DNA of 16,069 bases from an uncultured archaeon. GTDB taxonomy: Archaea > Asgardarchaeota > Heimdallarchaeia > Heimdallarchaeales > Kariarchaeaceae. Where the stretch lies: the NCBI GenBank assembly GCA_964645535.1, contig CAZYCQ010000036.1:15901-31969 (forward strand). The letters are read 5' to 3'. The notes below the pieces were generated by a model that was not told the origin of the DNA, did not search any database, and saw only the letters and a program-made list of their open reading frames with translations. A program made the position numbers and the translations under genes. Positions 15,739-16,069 of this stretch are shown piece by piece (the first letter of the stretch is position 1; each line of letters starts with the position of its first letter).

Positions 15739-16069
15739 ATGAGCATCCGTAGAAGAAAGAAAAAGATTGAACTTGATGAACTGCTCCCGGAGGAAGTTGT
15801 CGAATCAACCGAGACTACCACCGTTGAGGGACTGGCAGAAATCGTCAATCAAATAAAAGAACAACTGGACGAGGCAATGAGCAAATTCGAAACCCTGACA
15901 AAGGATTTAGTTGAACGAATTGAGTTGCTTGAAAGTGATTTCAAACAGGTGGCTCAAGCCTTGCAAAAAGCCCAACAGTCCGGTGGCGCTGCCCCCTCTG
16001 GTCCTCCTTCCGTTGGACCTCCCTCTGGCGGTCCTCCAATGGGTGGTCCAAGACCTCCAACGGGTCCCC
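15739..16069 (+). CDS. Partial protein with basic N-terminus, coiled coil and Pro/Gly-rich low-complexity region; runs off the window end
   Basis: Manual translation from ATG 15739 (7-nt gap after the GTPase stop) is open to the edge: MSIRRRKKKIELDELLPEEVVESTETTTVEGLAEIVNQIKEQLDEAMSKFETLTKDLVERIELLESDFKQVAQALQKAQQSGGAAPSGPPSVGPPSGGPPMGGPRPPTGP... Not in the ORF track, presumably because no stop codon lies in the window. Confidence 0.85.
   Translation, partial: MSIRRRKKKIELDELLPEEVVESTETTTVEGLAEIVNQIKEQLDEAMSKFETLTKDLVERIELLESDFKQVAQALQKAQQSGGAAPSGPPSVGPPSGGPPMGGPRPPTGP

Noticed and set aside
15980-16069. DNA tandem repeat, CRISPR-like or collagen-like repeat at the window end
   Set aside because: The repeats are imperfect and codon-level (GPP-x), with no constant repeat-spacer structure and no strict Gly-X-Y periodicity.

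Overview
Archaeal chromosomal DNA, most likely from an Asgard archaeon (inferred from archaeal-type EF-1alpha, uS7 and L10e together with a Rab-like GTPase, an LRR protein, an alpha-solenoid protein and TM+basic C-terminal tails; the lineage could be Heimdallarchaeia, but this is not verifiable here). Gene order: partial LRR-like gene (-, absent from the ORF track); AT-rich region with a twice-frameshifted secreted/membrane-anchored gene; stand-alone EF-1alpha; two tandem membrane-anchored PA-domain S8 subtilases that appear to lack a propeptide; rpl10e-rps7 (-); a wHTH(TrmB-like)/long coiled-coil/PLD-like protein (-); a 732-aa HEAT-like helical protein; an HTH-phosphoribosyltransferase (-). 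The window ends with a co-oriented cluster of a thioredoxin(CxxC)-V4R-V4R fusion, a Rab-like small GTPase and a partial basic/coiled-coil/Pro-Gly-rich protein (absent from the ORF track). This last cluster is the best candidate for an undescribed system, possibly a redox/ligand-sensing module coupled to a small GTPase, with V4R domains related to TRAPP Bet3. No rRNA, tRNA, CRISPR array or mobile element was recognised.
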